Source: Macrostomum hystrix (lineage: Eukaryota; Animalia; Platyhelminthes). From it: a stretch of 64,000 nucleotides of DNA. This document shows positions 47,108-60,480 of this stretch, piece after piece. The stretch lies in NCBI GenBank assembly GCA_950097015.1, contig CATNEN010000030.1, positions 4,092,001 through 4,156,000 on the forward strand, written 5' to 3'. The number at the start of each line of letters is the position of its first letter. Position 1 is the stretch's first letter. The position numbers were made by a program, and so were the translations under genes. The notes under the pieces are model-generated. The model was not told where the DNA came from, searched no databases, and saw only the letters and a list, made by a program, of their open reading frames with translations.

Positions 47108-49322
47108 CATCAATCAGATTGGTCGGTCATGGATCATGCTGGTCGGTCATGGATCATGCTGGTCGGTCATGGATCATGCTGTTCGGTCATGGATCATGCT
47201 GGTCGGTCATGGATCATGCTGGTCGGTCATGGATCATGCTGGTCGGTCATGGATCATGCTGGTCGGTCATGGATCATGCTGTTCGGTCATGGATCATGCT
47301 GGTCGGTCATGGATCATGCTGGTCGGTCATGGATCATGCTGGTCGGTCATGGATCATGCTGGTCGGTCATGGATCATGCTGGTCGGTCATGGATCATGCT
47401 GTTCGGTCATGGATCATGCTGGTCGGTCATGGATCATGCTGGTCGGTCATGGATCATGCTGGTCGGTCATGGATCATGCTGGTCGGTCATGGATCATGCT
47501 GGTCGGTCATGGATCATGCTGTTCGGTCATGGATCATGCTGGTCGGTCATGGATCATGCTGGTCGGTCATGGATCATGCTGGTCGGTCATGGATCATGCT
47601 GTTCGGTCATGGATCATGCTGGTCGGTCATGGATCATGCTGGTCGGTCATGGATCATGCTGGTCGGTCATGGATCATGCTGGTCGGTCATGGATCATGCT
47701 GGTCGGTCATGGATCATGCTGTTCGGTCATGGATCATGCTGTTCGGTCATGGATCATGCTGTTCGGTCATGGATCATGCTGGTCGGTCATGGATCATGCT
47801 GGTCGGTCATGGATCATGCTGGTCGGTCATGGATCATGCTGGTCGGTCATGGATCATGCTGGTCGGTCATGGATCATGCTGTTCGGTCATGGATCATGCT
47901 GTTCGGTCATGGATCATGCTGGTCGGTCATGGATCATGCTGGTCGGTCATGGATCATGCTGTTCGGTCATGGATCATGCTGTTCGGTCATGGATCATGCT
48001 GGTCGGTCATGGATCATGCTGGTCGGTCATGGATCATGCTGTTCGGTCATGGATCATGCTGGTCGGTCATGGATCATGCTGGTCGGTCATGGATCATGCT
48101 GGTCGGTCATGGATCATGCTGTTCGGTCATGGATCATGCTGTTCGGTCATGGATCATGCTGTTCGGTCATGGATCATGCTGTTCGGTCATGGATCATGCT
48201 GGTCGGTCATGGATCATGCTGGTCGGTCATGGATCATGCTGTTCGGTCATGGATCATGCTGGTCGGTCATGGATCATGCTGGTCGGTCATGGATCATGCT
48301 GGTCGGTCATGGATCATGCTGTTCGGTCATGGATCATGCTGTTCGGTCATGGATCATGCTGTTCGGTCATGGATCATGCTGGTCGGTCATGGATCATGCT
48401 GGTCGGTCATGGATCATGCTGGTCGGTCATGGATCATGCTGGTCGGTCATGGATCATGCTGGTCGGTCATGGATCATGCTGTTCGGTCATGGATCATGCT
48501 GTTCGGTCATGGATCATGCTGGTCGGTCATGGATCATGCTGGTCGGTCATGGATCATGCTGTTCGGTCATGGATCATGCTGGTCGGTCATGGATCATGCT
48601 GGTCGGTCATGGATCATGCTGGTCGGTCATGGATCATGCTGGTTGGTCATGGATCATGCTGGTCGGTCATGGATCATGCTGGTCGGTCATGGATCATGCT
48701 GTTCGGTCATGGATCATGCTGGTCGGTCATGGATCATGCTGTTCGGTCATGGATCATGCTGGTCGGTCATGGATCATGCTGGTTGGTCATGGATCATGCT
48801 GGTCGGTCATGGATCATGCTGGTCGGTCATGGATCATGCTGGTCGGTCATGGATCATGCTGTTCGGTCATGGATCATGTTGGTCGGTCATGGATCATGCT
48901 GGTCGGTCATGGATCATTCTGGTCGGTCATGGATCATGCTGGTCGGTCATGGATCATGCTGGTCGGTCATGGATCATGCTGGTCGGTCATGGATCATGCT
49001 GTTCGGTCATGGATCATGCTGTTCGGTCATGGATCATGCTGGTCGGTCATGGATCATGCTGGTCGGTCATGGATCATGCTGGTCGGTCATGGATCATGTT
49101 GGTCGGTCATGGATCATGCTGGTCGGTCATGGATCATGCTGGTTGGTCATGGATCATGCTGGTCGGTCATGGATCATGCTGGTCGGTCATGGATCATGCT
49201 GGTCGGTCATGGATCATGTTGGTCGGTCATGGATCATGCTGTTCGGTCATGGATCATGCTGGTCGGTCATGGATCATGCTGGTCGGTCATGGATCATGCT
49301 GGTCGGTCATGGATCATGTTTG
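47108..49322. repeat. 20-bp minisatellite, about 110 units
   Basis: Unit G(G/T)TCGGTCATGGATCATGCT; source of the three long spurious ORFs at 47063-49390. Confidence 0.98.
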
Positions 49323-50059
49323 TGAATCATATAATAACAACATATACTAAGTTTAGAATCAGAGTTCCTTTACTGTACGTGCTACCCTAAGTAGTTTGGG
49401 CTTGGAACATCAGGCTCTTATGAGCTGTCTTTTTCGCGTTTCTCATTTCTCGCTCTTGTCGAGATTCTCAAAAAATCCATCATTTCATTTCATTCTGAGC
49501 TATGATGAATTATATTTTGCTTTTATCAATACTGATTACTGACAGTAGTCGCGCGTGTTTGTTATAGCATGCCTTCTCTCTCTATTCGATTCCTTGTTAA
49601 ACTGGAATGTCAAAATAGTGCGTTAGTTTTGACCGGGCCTGTTTTCTATATGAATATAGATGAAAGTAGTTGCTTTCTGATTTGATGTGAGGCACTGCCT
49701 CTAATGCGCTGCTTAACACTCTCACAACTGTGGCTATTTCAGCTAATCTGGATCTGGTATCAACTGATTAAACTTGACTCTGAACAATTGATAAGTAACT
49801 TACAAAAAGGCTAAAGAGTAATGTATTTTCAGAAAGTTTTTGAGTACTTTTTTAGTTTCTTGATTTATGGTGTCTCTTATTGACACACTCCTCTTATTAT
49901 ATGATAGTGTATAAATCCGTCATTCACCAACAATAAGATCGGTCTTAAATGATTTCCGTTAACAGTAGATTTTCCACCCTGGGACCACGGGGGGTATTTC
50001 AAATACCCACTACTTAATCTATTTATTCTAAACAATCATAGCCGACATGCTTACATTAT

Positions 50060-51777
50060 GAGTAGCTTCAATCCTAGAGGAAGCTAGTGGATAGCTTCAA
50101 TCCTAGAGAAAGCTAGTGGATACCTTCAATCCTAGAGGAAGCTAGTGGATAGCTTCAATCCTAGAGAAAGCTAGTGGATACCTTCAATCCTAGAGAAAGC
50201 TAGTGGATAGCTTCAATCCTAGAGGAAGCTAGTGGATAGCTTCAATCCTAGAGGAAGCTAGTGGATATAGCTTCAATCCTAGAGGAAGCTAGTGGATAGC
50301 TTCAATCCTAGAGAAAGCTAGTGGATACCTTCAATCCTAGAGAAAGCTAGTGGATACCTTCAATCCTTGAGGAAGCTAGTGGATAGCTTCAATCCTAGAG
50401 GAAGCTAGTGGATACCTTCAATCCTAGAGAAAGCTAGTGGATAGCTTTAATCCTAGAGGAAGCTAGTGGATACCTTCAATCCTAGAGAAAGCTAGTGGAT
50501 AGCTTTAATCCTAGAGGAAGCTAGTGGATACCTTCAATCCTAGAGGAAGCTAGTGGATACCTTCAATCCTAGAGAAAGCTAGTGGATAGCTTTAATCCTA
50601 GAGGAAGCTAGTGGATACCTTCAATTCTAGAGGAAGCTAGTGGATACCTTCAATCCTAGAGGAAGCTAGTGGATACCTTCAATCCTAGAGAAAGCTAGTG
50701 GATAGCTTTAATCCTAGAGGAAGCTAGTGGATAGCTTCAATCCTAGAGGAAGCTAGTGGATAGCTTCAATCCTAGAGGAAGCTAGTGGATACCTTCAATC
50801 CTAGAGGAAGCTAGTGGATACCTTCAATCCTAGAGGAAGCTAGTGGATACCTTCAATCCTAGAGGAAGCTAGTGGATACCTTCAATCCTAGAGGAAGCTA
50901 GTGGATAGCTTCAATCCTAGAGGAAGCTAGTGGATAGCTTCAATCCTAGAGGAAGCTAGTGGATACCTTCAATCCTAGAGGAAGCTAGTGGATACCTTCA
51001 ATCCTAGAGGAAGCTAGTGGATACCTTCAATCCTAGAGAAAGCTAGTGGATAGCTTTAATCCTAGAGGAAGCTAGTGGATACCTTCAATCCTAGAGGAAG
51101 CTAGTGGATACCTTCAATCCTAGAGAAAGCTAGTGGATAGCTTTAATCCTAGAGGAAGCTAGTGGATACCTTCAATCCTAGAGAAAGCTAGTGGATAGCT
51201 TTAATCCTAGAGGAAGCTAGTGGATACCTTCAATCCTAGAGAAAGCTAGTGGATAGCTTCAATCCTAGAGGAAGCTAGTGGATACCTTCAATCCTAGAGG
51301 AAGCTAGTGGATAGCTTTAATCCTAGAGGAAGCTAGTGGATACCTTCAATTCTAGAGGAAGCTAGTGGATACCTTCAATCCTAGAGGAAGCTAGTGGATA
51401 CCTTCAATCCTAGAGAAAGCTAGTGGATAGCTTTAATCCTAGAGGAAGCTAGTGGATGCCTTCAATCCTAGAGAAAGCTAGTGGATAGCTTTAATCCTAG
51501 AGGAAGCTAGTGGATAGCTTCAATCCTAGAGGAAGCTAGTGGATAGCTTCAATCCTAGAGGAAGCTAGTGGATAGCTTCAATCCTAGAGGAAGCTAGTGG
51601 ATAGCTTCAATCCTAGAGAAAGCTAGTGGATAGCTTCAATCCTAGAGGAAGCTAGTGGATAGCTTCAATCCTAGAGGAAGCTAGTGGATAGCTTCAATCC
51701 TAGAGGAAGCTAGTGGATAGCTTCAATCCTAGAGGAAGCTAGTGGATAGCTTCAATCCTAGAGGAAGCTAGTGGATA
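50060..51777. repeat. 29-bp minisatellite, about 59 units
   Basis: Unit GCTTCAATCCTAGAG(G/A)AAGCTAGTGGATA. Confidence 0.97.
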
Positions 51778-52364
51778 GTGGATTTGTTCGCTATTTTATT
51801 CCTTTTTAAATAGACACTCAAATGTTTCATTGATAAATCAGGTCCTTACATATCTCACCGGATGATTCGTAGACTTGTAATCCCTATTCATTTTTACTTA
51901 TTCATTATTGTATATTTTGCGAGGCTCAAAAGATCGTATGGGACAATATTGATGGGATCAGAATTGCTTATTAAGCCGCACGTGAAGTCTGACAGGTAAT
52001 ACTATATTTAATACCTAAAGCAATTAGTCGAATTTTCCTGTCAGTTTGCTTGGTGCAAAACAATGTCGACAGACGGATCGGGTGGCATTTGCGTGCGCGA
52101 GCTTAGATCCAGGACGGCGATTCTCGTTGATAGAAAATGAAGCCGGTTTCCTATGCATTGTATGTTCCAGCTTACCAGTAAAAAGGGATCGATTTCGTAG
52201 GCAAACAAGTTTCTTCGTTTCCATCGACGCCCCCTCAAATTTTTATTAATGAATTGTGATTGTGGGGTCAGTTACAGTGAGATAGGTTTGTGCTTTGCTT
52301 TATTTACGTGCAGAATTTTCGCTCTACACATATCGCTATCTCGCGAAATCGAAGGAATGCGTAT

Positions 52365-52975
52365 TATCGATAACTCTGGGATTAGGAATGTGTATGATTG
52401 ATAACTCTGGGATTAGGAACGTGTATTATCGATAACTCTGGGATAAGAAATGTGTATGATTGATAACTCTGGGATAAGAAATGTGTATGATTGATAACTC
52501 TGGGATAAGAAATGTGTATGATTGATAACTCTGGGATAAGAAATGTGTATTATCGATAACTCTGGGATAATAAATGTGTATGATTGATAACTCTGGGATA
52601 AGAAATGTGTATTATCGATAACTCTGGGATAAGAAATGTGTATTATCGATAACTCTGGGATAAGAAATGTGTATGATTGATAACTCTGGGATAAGAAATG
52701 TGTATGATTGATAACTCTGGGATAAGAAATGTGTATGATTGATAACTCTGGGATAAGAAATGTGTATGATTGATAACTCTGGGATAAGAAATGTGTATTA
52801 TCGATAACTCTGGGATAAGAAATGTGTATGATTGATAACTCTGGGATAAGAAATGTGTATTATCGATAACTCTGGGATAAGAAATGTGTATGATTGATAA
52901 CTCTGGGTTAAGAAATGTGTATGATTGATAACTCTGGGATCAGAAATGTGTATGATAACTCTGGGATTAGGATTT
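52365..52975. repeat. 31-bp minisatellite, about 19 units
   Basis: Unit GATAACTCTGGGATAAGAAATGTGTATGATT (variant ...TATTATC). Confidence 0.95.
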
Positions 52976-53931
52976 GTATTTTTGAAAATGTTGAACAGGG
53001 AATTTACTGTCGGCCGTTAAGCTACATTTAATATCTTATTGGGACACAATTAAGCATGTTATAAAATAGGCACGCAGGTTGGATAAGCTTTTCCAATGAC
53101 ATTCCAGACATGTCATTTGCCCAATCGAAGTTTTATTTGCATTTTACAAGCGGTTTACAATCGGCTGTACACTAAAGACAACAGAAATGCACAAGAATGC
53201 GACAAGACGCATGTGGCCAAAGTCAGCCGGCATGGTTACACAGAGAAAATATCGATCCAGCTCGTATAGAATGCAAAAGCCGAATTAACATAACAAAATA
53301 GCGGATACAATCGACGTCGTTAATCGCAAAAATCAAACTGAATTGCCCGCGGAAAAAAAAGAATGGAAACAGTGCCCGGGAAAAGACTTTCTACGAGCTA
53401 TGATTATAACGTTGGCATGCAGACGCATTTAGGATTTTTGCTAACCGAGATTATGTAAAATGCTGACATTAATTAGCAATCAAAAACATAACATTCGCGT
53501 CTATGTAAGTAAGCGTCCAAGTGTAGGTATTCTAAGCAGCACCATCATGAGTTATTGACTTCAGTAATTATTGATTCATTGAAAGAACCCAATGAACAGA
53601 TGAAACGCAGTTGTAAATATTCAACACAGGTTAAAAAGACAGCCGCAGTTCATGACGCGCGCGTGACTTGTATAGTGCAACTCCAGAAACAGTTTCAAAA
53701 ATTTGCTTGTGAATTTTTTTGTTTAATTTTGCTAACGCCCACACGGCTGGAGGTGTGGCTACAAACTATACAAACTATATCGAACCAACTGAAAAGCTGA
53801 CTAAAAACGATGTCATTTGTTTAAAATAGCACGCGCCAAATCTTACCTGGCAACATGCAGAGAAGAATGTGTGGCTTGAAAGCTCAGCATGCAAGGGGCA
53901 TCGATATGAATAAGGTATATGCATGATAGCG

Positions 53932-55224
53932 TTAGCTGCAGCTGCTGCTGCTGTTGACCCGCAACTCGCAGATCTCAGTGTAGGGCGGCGGTGGATTCTC
54001 GAGGTCCTGCCGCTGCTGCTGCTGCGCCTGCTCGTAAGTCGGAGGAGCGGCAGTTGCAGTTGCGTCAGACGCCAGCGGCTGTTCTCGATAGCTGGGCAGA
54101 ATGAGGTCTGTGGGCGACACGACATTAATACTCTCCGCACAGCTCAGCGACAGAAAGGAGCCAGTCCGCTCCCGACTTCTTCGGTCCCGCCTGCGCCTCC
54201 GCCCGTTGCCTCCGCTGTCGTAGTCCGTGTCCTCCGCTCCGTTGTCAAAAAAGTCGTCGTCGTTTTCACTGGCGCTGCCACCACCGCCACCGCCGAAGTA
54301 GCCGAGCAAAAATCGGAGGCGCAGCTCACAGTCGCCAAAATCGATACCCAGACGAGACCTTAGCGAGTCGACACGGCGACCGATAAAAGCCCAGAGCCTG
54401 GAACAATGACCGCACAGGCGACAGCCGTATGCGGCCACAATGAGGCACATGAGCAAGAAGGCGCACACCAGAAGACTGTTCCACATTCGCTTCGTTGTTA
54501 GGCCACTTTCGTTAGCCAGGTCGCTTGGCTGGGCTGACATCGCTGCAGCTGGGTAGCACAGAGTTCTCCGGGCGCTGTCGCCGCCGCTGCCGCTAGGACA
54601 CGGGGGACTGGCAGCAGTTGAGCTGCACCATGCCGAGCATGGCCGGATCGGCGAGGGCCAGGAATCGCCGGAGCAGCGGCACTGGCAGGTTGCCACGCAC
54701 TCGGGTCCGATGCAGTCCAGGCCGATCCGTTCGAAATCTGGTGGACATTTTGCGCAGCCGCCAATTTTTGAGGCCACGGCACAGTCGCTCGGGTTCAGGA
54801 TGTTGGCGCAAGCGAAGTCACGCATGACCGTGTAGCTGCCCTTCGAACTCTTCGGCCCCTCTCGTTCTAGGTGAGCGCAGACGCAGCTGACGCCGGTGAG
54901 CGACCAGCACAGATCAATGCCGGCCTGCAGAGTTCGCTGCTGCCGGCTGCTGCGGTTGAACAGGCGCTGCACCAGGCGCTTCCTGGCGGGCAAGGACGCA
55001 TGCGCGGCCAGATCGGCCAGGCCGAGATCGCCTTTTGCGAGTCGTTGCAGAACTAGGTCCGCCGGCTGAGAATCGATTTCTTGCAGAGCTTGATGATCTG
55101 CATCATCGGGTCGCTGCAGGTTCGACCGCTGCTGCTGCTGGCGACTCGAGTTGCCCAGTTTACAGAGCAAGATAGCCAGAAGTAACAGAACTCCGGAGGC
55201 TGTTGTCAATCGTGCTGTTAGCAT
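53932..55224 (-). CDS. Single-exon type I membrane protein: signal peptide, Cys-rich ectodomain, TM helix, cytoplasmic tail with PY motifs; family not recognised
   Basis: 430-aa ORF with GC-rich coding-like composition; hydrophobic N-terminus SGVLLLLAILLCKLG; dense Cys cluster; TM LLVCAFLLMCLIVAAYGC; tail motifs LPSY, PPTY, PPPPY. Confidence 0.8.
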   Translation of the reverse strand: MLTARLTTASGVLLLLAILLCKLGNSSRQQQQRSNLQRPDDADHQALQEIDSQPADLVLQRLAKGDLGLADLAAHASLPARKRLVQRLFNRSSRQQRTLQAGIDLCWSLTGVSCVCAHLEREGPKSSKGSYTVMRDFACANILNPSDCAVASKIGGCAKCPPDFERIGLDCIGPECVATCQCRCSGDSWPSPIRPCSAWCSSTAASPPCPSGSGGDSARRTLCYPAAAMSAQPSDLANESGLTTKRMWNSLLVCAFLLMCLIVAAYGCRLCGHCSRLWAFIGRRVDSLRSRLGIDFGDCELRLRFLLGYFGGGGGGSASENDDDFFDNGAEDTDYDSGGNGRRRRRDRRSRERTGSFLSLSCAESINVVSPTDLILPSYREQPLASDATATAAPPTYEQAQQQQRQDLENPPPPYTEICELRVNSSSSCS

Positions 55225-58200
55225 TTGCCGTTTGTCAAAATATCTCAGATTGGTAAATTTTCGATTGCTCTCAAGTCCTCAGTCATTAACTGCTCTTGGC
55301 AAATACGTCTCTTGTTGTTGTCAGCGCTGCTTTGTCTACATCACTGTGTATAGGCTCGCTTATGCAGCCAAAAGGAGGTGAGGTTGCAGGGTGCCCTCAG
55401 AAAGTGTTCCCTCAGAGAAGCGGGTGCAGGGATTGGGTGCTCAAGCATGGGATGCGGGCAATCACGCCTCGACTCAAATATGGGTGGACTCAGTGAAGCA
55501 GCTCAGATCTCTTCTTTTGCTTATCACAAATCATCTGTCTCCCTTCAGAGCTAGCAGGCTCAATCTTCTCTCTTGTCTTTCGTCTCCCTCACGGCCTGCC
55601 CGCCTTTCGCGACCTCATGTGCTACTCAGCCGCAGCTAGCCAATAGGATTGCAGCTGGTGAGAAAGTACAATGAGGGTGGTACGGTAGTTTTCTCTGTCC
55701 TGCCTCCACGGCGTGTACTCAGTTACGCTTCATTCTTCATCGTCATCTCGAAGCTCCCAAGCAGTCTCTGCGTATTCATTGACATCCCTTCCCACTGCTG
55801 TCTTCCCCACCTACCGAGTCCCTTTTCTTCGCGTGCGCGCGCGTGCGTGAGCTGTTTTCCCGTCTCCTTCTCGTCTTCTGCCGTCTCGTTGGGCAAGTCA
55901 TTCCTCCTCTTTCCTAAGCTCGCGCCAGCCAAATATTTCTCCCGTGCACCCTTCCTTCCCTCTTCTCTCCTTTCCGCATCCTTTCTCTCTATGGGTTTCG
56001 TCTGCAAGCAGCCACACCGGAGAGGGGAAAAATCGCGTGAGGCGCGATCCCTCTCCGCTGCTATTAGAGCCGCTGGCTAAAAAATGCAGGGGAATCAAGC
56101 AGCGGCTAGCCAGGGCGGAGCTGAGCGGCGGGCGTGGCCATCCCAGCAACAGCGGCCTGCTGAGACCCGGCCATCCCCAAGTCCTCTCCGCAATACCTTC
56201 ACTCATCTGCAGCCACCTCCCCCCTCACTCCGTTTTCAACGAGCCTGCAGCCGCAGTGACAATGACAGCAGGCGATCCCAAATAGCTTTCTAGCTGCCGG
56301 CTCATCTGCGTCCCAGCGAAGCCAGTCTTTGAGTTACAGCAGCTGTGGGCGCATGGCGTGGGGCGGGGATAAGTTGAAGGTGCAAATTAAGGCGGCGCTT
56401 CTACTTCCAAATAGAGAATGTTCTTCTTGCTCGTCTTGAGCAGGTGGGCGCTGAAAATTTCAAGTCTGCATGGAAGCTCTTCTTTTGCAGGATAATTAAA
56501 TAGACTCACGCAGGAAGCTTCTATATAGTTTGTGCATTGGTTCCGTCGATCGGTCTTTTTCTGATTTCCAACGCATTTTAACTCCGGGATACTTTAGGTT
56601 TGAACCAACTTGAAGCATTTGGCCAATTTTTTTGAGATTATATCTGCTTGGATTGATCTAAAATAGCCCAAACCAGTAAGTAATCTGCTTATTATAAAAA
56701 TACTATAAAAATATTAAAGACATAGTCTGCTCAAAATAGTATTTTCATGCTGTTAAAACTGAAATCTGATTCATTGTGGCTTACTTTAACAAATATTTTT
56801 GTCGAAAAAAGTGCAGATTCGGTTTAGTGTTGTTTCCGTAAAGCGTTGGGTCATCAATGAAATAACTTACTCGTATTTTAAGGTGCAATCACTGAATTGC
56901 AGATTACAACTGATTCCTTTTTAACCATTCGCGATTAGCATGTGAATGTCCCGGAATAATACAGGAAATTTACATTATAATTTGTTGGCCAGTTTTTTAG
57001 CTAGGCGAAGTTACTCCGGTAAAATGTAGAAAAAAACAAAAACTCTACCTTTTCTTTTTACATAGGAAATAAAAACAAACATTTTGAGCAAAATAGTTTT
57101 GTCCAAGTTTATTAGGCCTATCTGTAATCTTAAATCTCTGAAAGATTATGCATTGCATAGCTGTCTCGTTTTAACTTCAGATAACCATTCAATATTTGAT
57201 CGGGTCTCAGACGCTAACGGGCATGCTAACTGCTTAAACTATCTATATCTAGATCTCATAAACTTTCATAACATTCTTTGCCTTACAAATTGCAGATTAA
57301 TTATAAAACTGGAAATATTTTAATTTAGGCATGTTGTTAGACACATATCGTTCTTTTTAGAGATGTTTTTAGAGATGTTTATTTCCGACTGAGATTTAAT
57401 ACTTTTATTAACTGCTTAAACATGACAATCTATAAAATTTGAAACTTCAAGTTATTTAATATTAGGCTTATGGTGATATACATAAATATGACATCATTTC
57501 ATTGAAAATGTGCGATACATGATGCAAGTACACCAATTTAGAAATTCAAAACAATTTTTTATTCATACTAATCAAATAAAGTAGGTTAATGTGTATAGAC
57601 AGCTTATCGTAAAAACTGTTTAATCAGATATAAATATATTTTTAATTGTCAGCCTTGCCAGCTATGAAGGGATTCGAGGTAGAGCAAAAACATACACTGC
57701 TTGTGTTCAAGTTCTGTTCTAATATGTTCTATATTTCGGAGACTAATAATTCAAAAATTATCTTATAACTAACTCATAAACATCTTTAGTTATTTTCTTT
57801 TATCTACTTATTATTACAAATTCGAATTGGTACCATTATATATTTTATATGGTAGCATTATATGTTCAATATGGCCAATATTTATCCTTTTCATTACTTG
57901 CACTGGGATCTTACTGTATTTATTTCTATATTCCTTTTTTACTCTTTATCTTTTACTATTTATACTATTTACTCTTTTTTACTCTATTTGTCCCTCTCTA
58001 TCTCTCTTTATCAACCTTTATCATTTTCTATTAAGTTTTTTCACTTCTTGAGGTACTCTTTATTGCTCTTCAGTTATTTGTCAGTCCGTCTTAGGCTTCA
58101 CCAGTGGATCTAGGGTTACTGCTTTCCTCCTTTCACTGTACTCACTTCTCTTTCTCAATGTTTCTTGAAATTAATTTTTAAGACAAACACCCATCTTCCA

Positions 58201-59739
58201 TTTCCTCCACTATACTAAAAATGAAAATCTTGCTTGCTTGGTTGCTTGTAATTGATTTTCTCCCAAATGGCTCAACCAATTTTCACCATTTCTTCACCAA
58301 AAGATGCCAAATGTGGGCACACTTATACACATATTTTTATTAAGCTTAACTTTATTGCTAAGGGGATTAAATATTTGAAAAACTTGAAAAATGCTTTCGA
58401 AAGGATTTTTAATGCATTCAATCAGAGCCAGTTTTGTCAATGTGCATTCCACTGCCAATTTTAATGATTGCATCAGGGCCAGGGATCGCAACACCCCCTA
58501 GATGACTGAGTTAGAAGCCTACACAATCTGGACACAAATTTGAAATAAATGTACACAATCTAAGTGTACTCTATTTGTACAAAGCCAGAACTTTGAGAAT
58601 TCATTTTATAAGGCTACTTTTTGCATCCACAATCCAACAGTCGGAGTAGCCTATGTGTAGGCACTAGGAATAGGTTAGGCTAGGCGAAGTGTCCTTGGTT
58701 CAACTCTTCACTGCATCAAAAATTTAAATTAATTGTCAGTCAGTAGTGATGAATGCGAAGCAAATTTTGTAAAATTAATTTTGAAAATAAGGGGGAAACT
58801 TTTAATTCACTTTTGCATGGCAAAACCCGAGTTTGAATCCTGGCAAAACGAGAGTTTGAATCATAGCCAACCAGAGTCTGAATCATGGCAAAACCAGAGT
58901 TTGAATCATGACAAAACCCGAGTTTGAATCATGTGTTGTGGTTCACCTACATGTGCAGGTAGGCCTACAGCTAGGTTGGGTAAGCTGCCACTCCCCAGGT
59001 CCCCTGAAAAGCGCGCTCGACCCCCGTCCGGAGGAATGACAGAGAAACTCACAGTATCTCGGCTGATGCAACAGTTAGTAGCCGGTCGGTTTTATTTGTA
59101 CTAAAATAGACAGTCTCTTAACACCTGCAAAATAGACAGGTGGGCAGACGAGGTTAGCAGGGTCTAATTAACTGGGCACAACTATATAGCTAGGTTGGCA
59201 CCACAGAACTCCGGGCTTTAGCGACAAAACAAACAGGGGGTGGGGTAAGGCGGGTGAGATGTATACTGTCTAACAAAAGTTCTTGTACGGTTGCTTCTGT
59301 TGCTTCTAGTATCCATAATTTCCATCCGATTCAAATGAAAATTAGTGCAAATGAAAGCTGGGAATCTCTGCAACATTTTCTGTTTCACCGTATTTTTTTA
59401 TTCTGGAGTGGCTCGGAACAGCTTGCACAGACAGGTCGAATAAAAAAGTGACAGAATGACATAGAGCAAGCAGTCTATGGCCAACTTTCTTCACGCGCTG
59501 ACAAACTCCACAGAGTGCCTAGGAAGCCTTCTGTCGATCGATCGCTCTGTGTGTGGGGTTTGCTTTACTTCTTCACAGATAATCAGATATATTATGAACA
59601 GAAGGTAAACAAAAATGTAACACGGAAATTCTGGCAAAATCATTCACATCAGGGAAAAGCAAGGGAAGCAGTAATAATGATATCAAAATGAGCTGGATTC
59701 ATTAGTATCGTGTTGCTCCTCCCTGTGCAGCGATGACAG

Positions 59740-59905
59740 CCTCGCATCGAGATCGCATGGATCGAAGCACTCTGCGCATAGTGCTGAACAGTAGATTTTG
59801 GCACGACGAGATGGTTTGCAATCCTGCCAAGCGACCAGCCTGCGTCCTCTCGAAGCGAAACGATTCTCCAACGAATTTCTTGGCTCAACTGGGGGATCAT
59901 TGTCA
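59740..59905 (-). mobile_element. Relic of a Tc1/mariner transposase N-terminal HTH
   Basis: PQLSQEIRWRIVSLREDAGWSLGRIANHLVVPKSTVQHY fits the paired-like HTH of Tc1/IS630 transposases; no catalytic domain or TIRs were found. Confidence 0.55.
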
Positions 59906-60480
59906 ACTGGGGGATCATTATAGCTTCAATAAAGCTGAAAATACAGCTGCTAAAAAGTATATACTAGACGAATTAAATATATTTCTCCCATCTGAAGGGG
60001 GGCAAAACTTGCTAGTTATTATTCTGAATTTATACCAGTGAGAAAAACTTTGTTTTTTAGTCTACCTTTTACTCGTGTATTTATACTAAAAATGTCATTT
60101 CCTCCTTATCTCCGCAACTTCATTATTTTCAGTGCATACGAACATATAGGTACATTCAAACAAATTTTTACGTGTATTTAGACAAAAAGTAATATTTTTT
60201 TCGAGGTCAAATCAAATACACACAGATTTATCGACAAAAATTTGTAAAAGTATTCTGAACATTTATGTGTTGTCAGTTCTGGCACAAAAATATTTCTTTT
60301 ACTAAGAATGAAAATTTAACTTCCAATACTTTTTATATATTAATAGCGAAAGTTTAAGAAGTCAGAAGTTACTTTTTTCTGTTATTGACTTAGCGGCCTA
60401 AGGGTTATTAAAAAGGCTTTAACGATGCCCAACACTGCTGACATCAGCTTAAAAATGCCACTTGCCATTGCAGAGCCGCC

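Noticed and set aside
47063-49390. Three overlapping 730-775 aa ORFs
   Set aside because: A stop-free 20-bp array giving the same peptide in all frames.
52041-52238. VSWNIQ...DIVLHQ resembling the start of an APE/EEP nuclease domain
   Set aside because: Too short, lacks the catalytic Glu (LQE), ends in a stop, and has no downstream motifs.
55649-56293. Several 70-140 aa ORFs on both strands
   Set aside because: Low-complexity, GC-rich sequence with no recognisable motifs or consistent frame.
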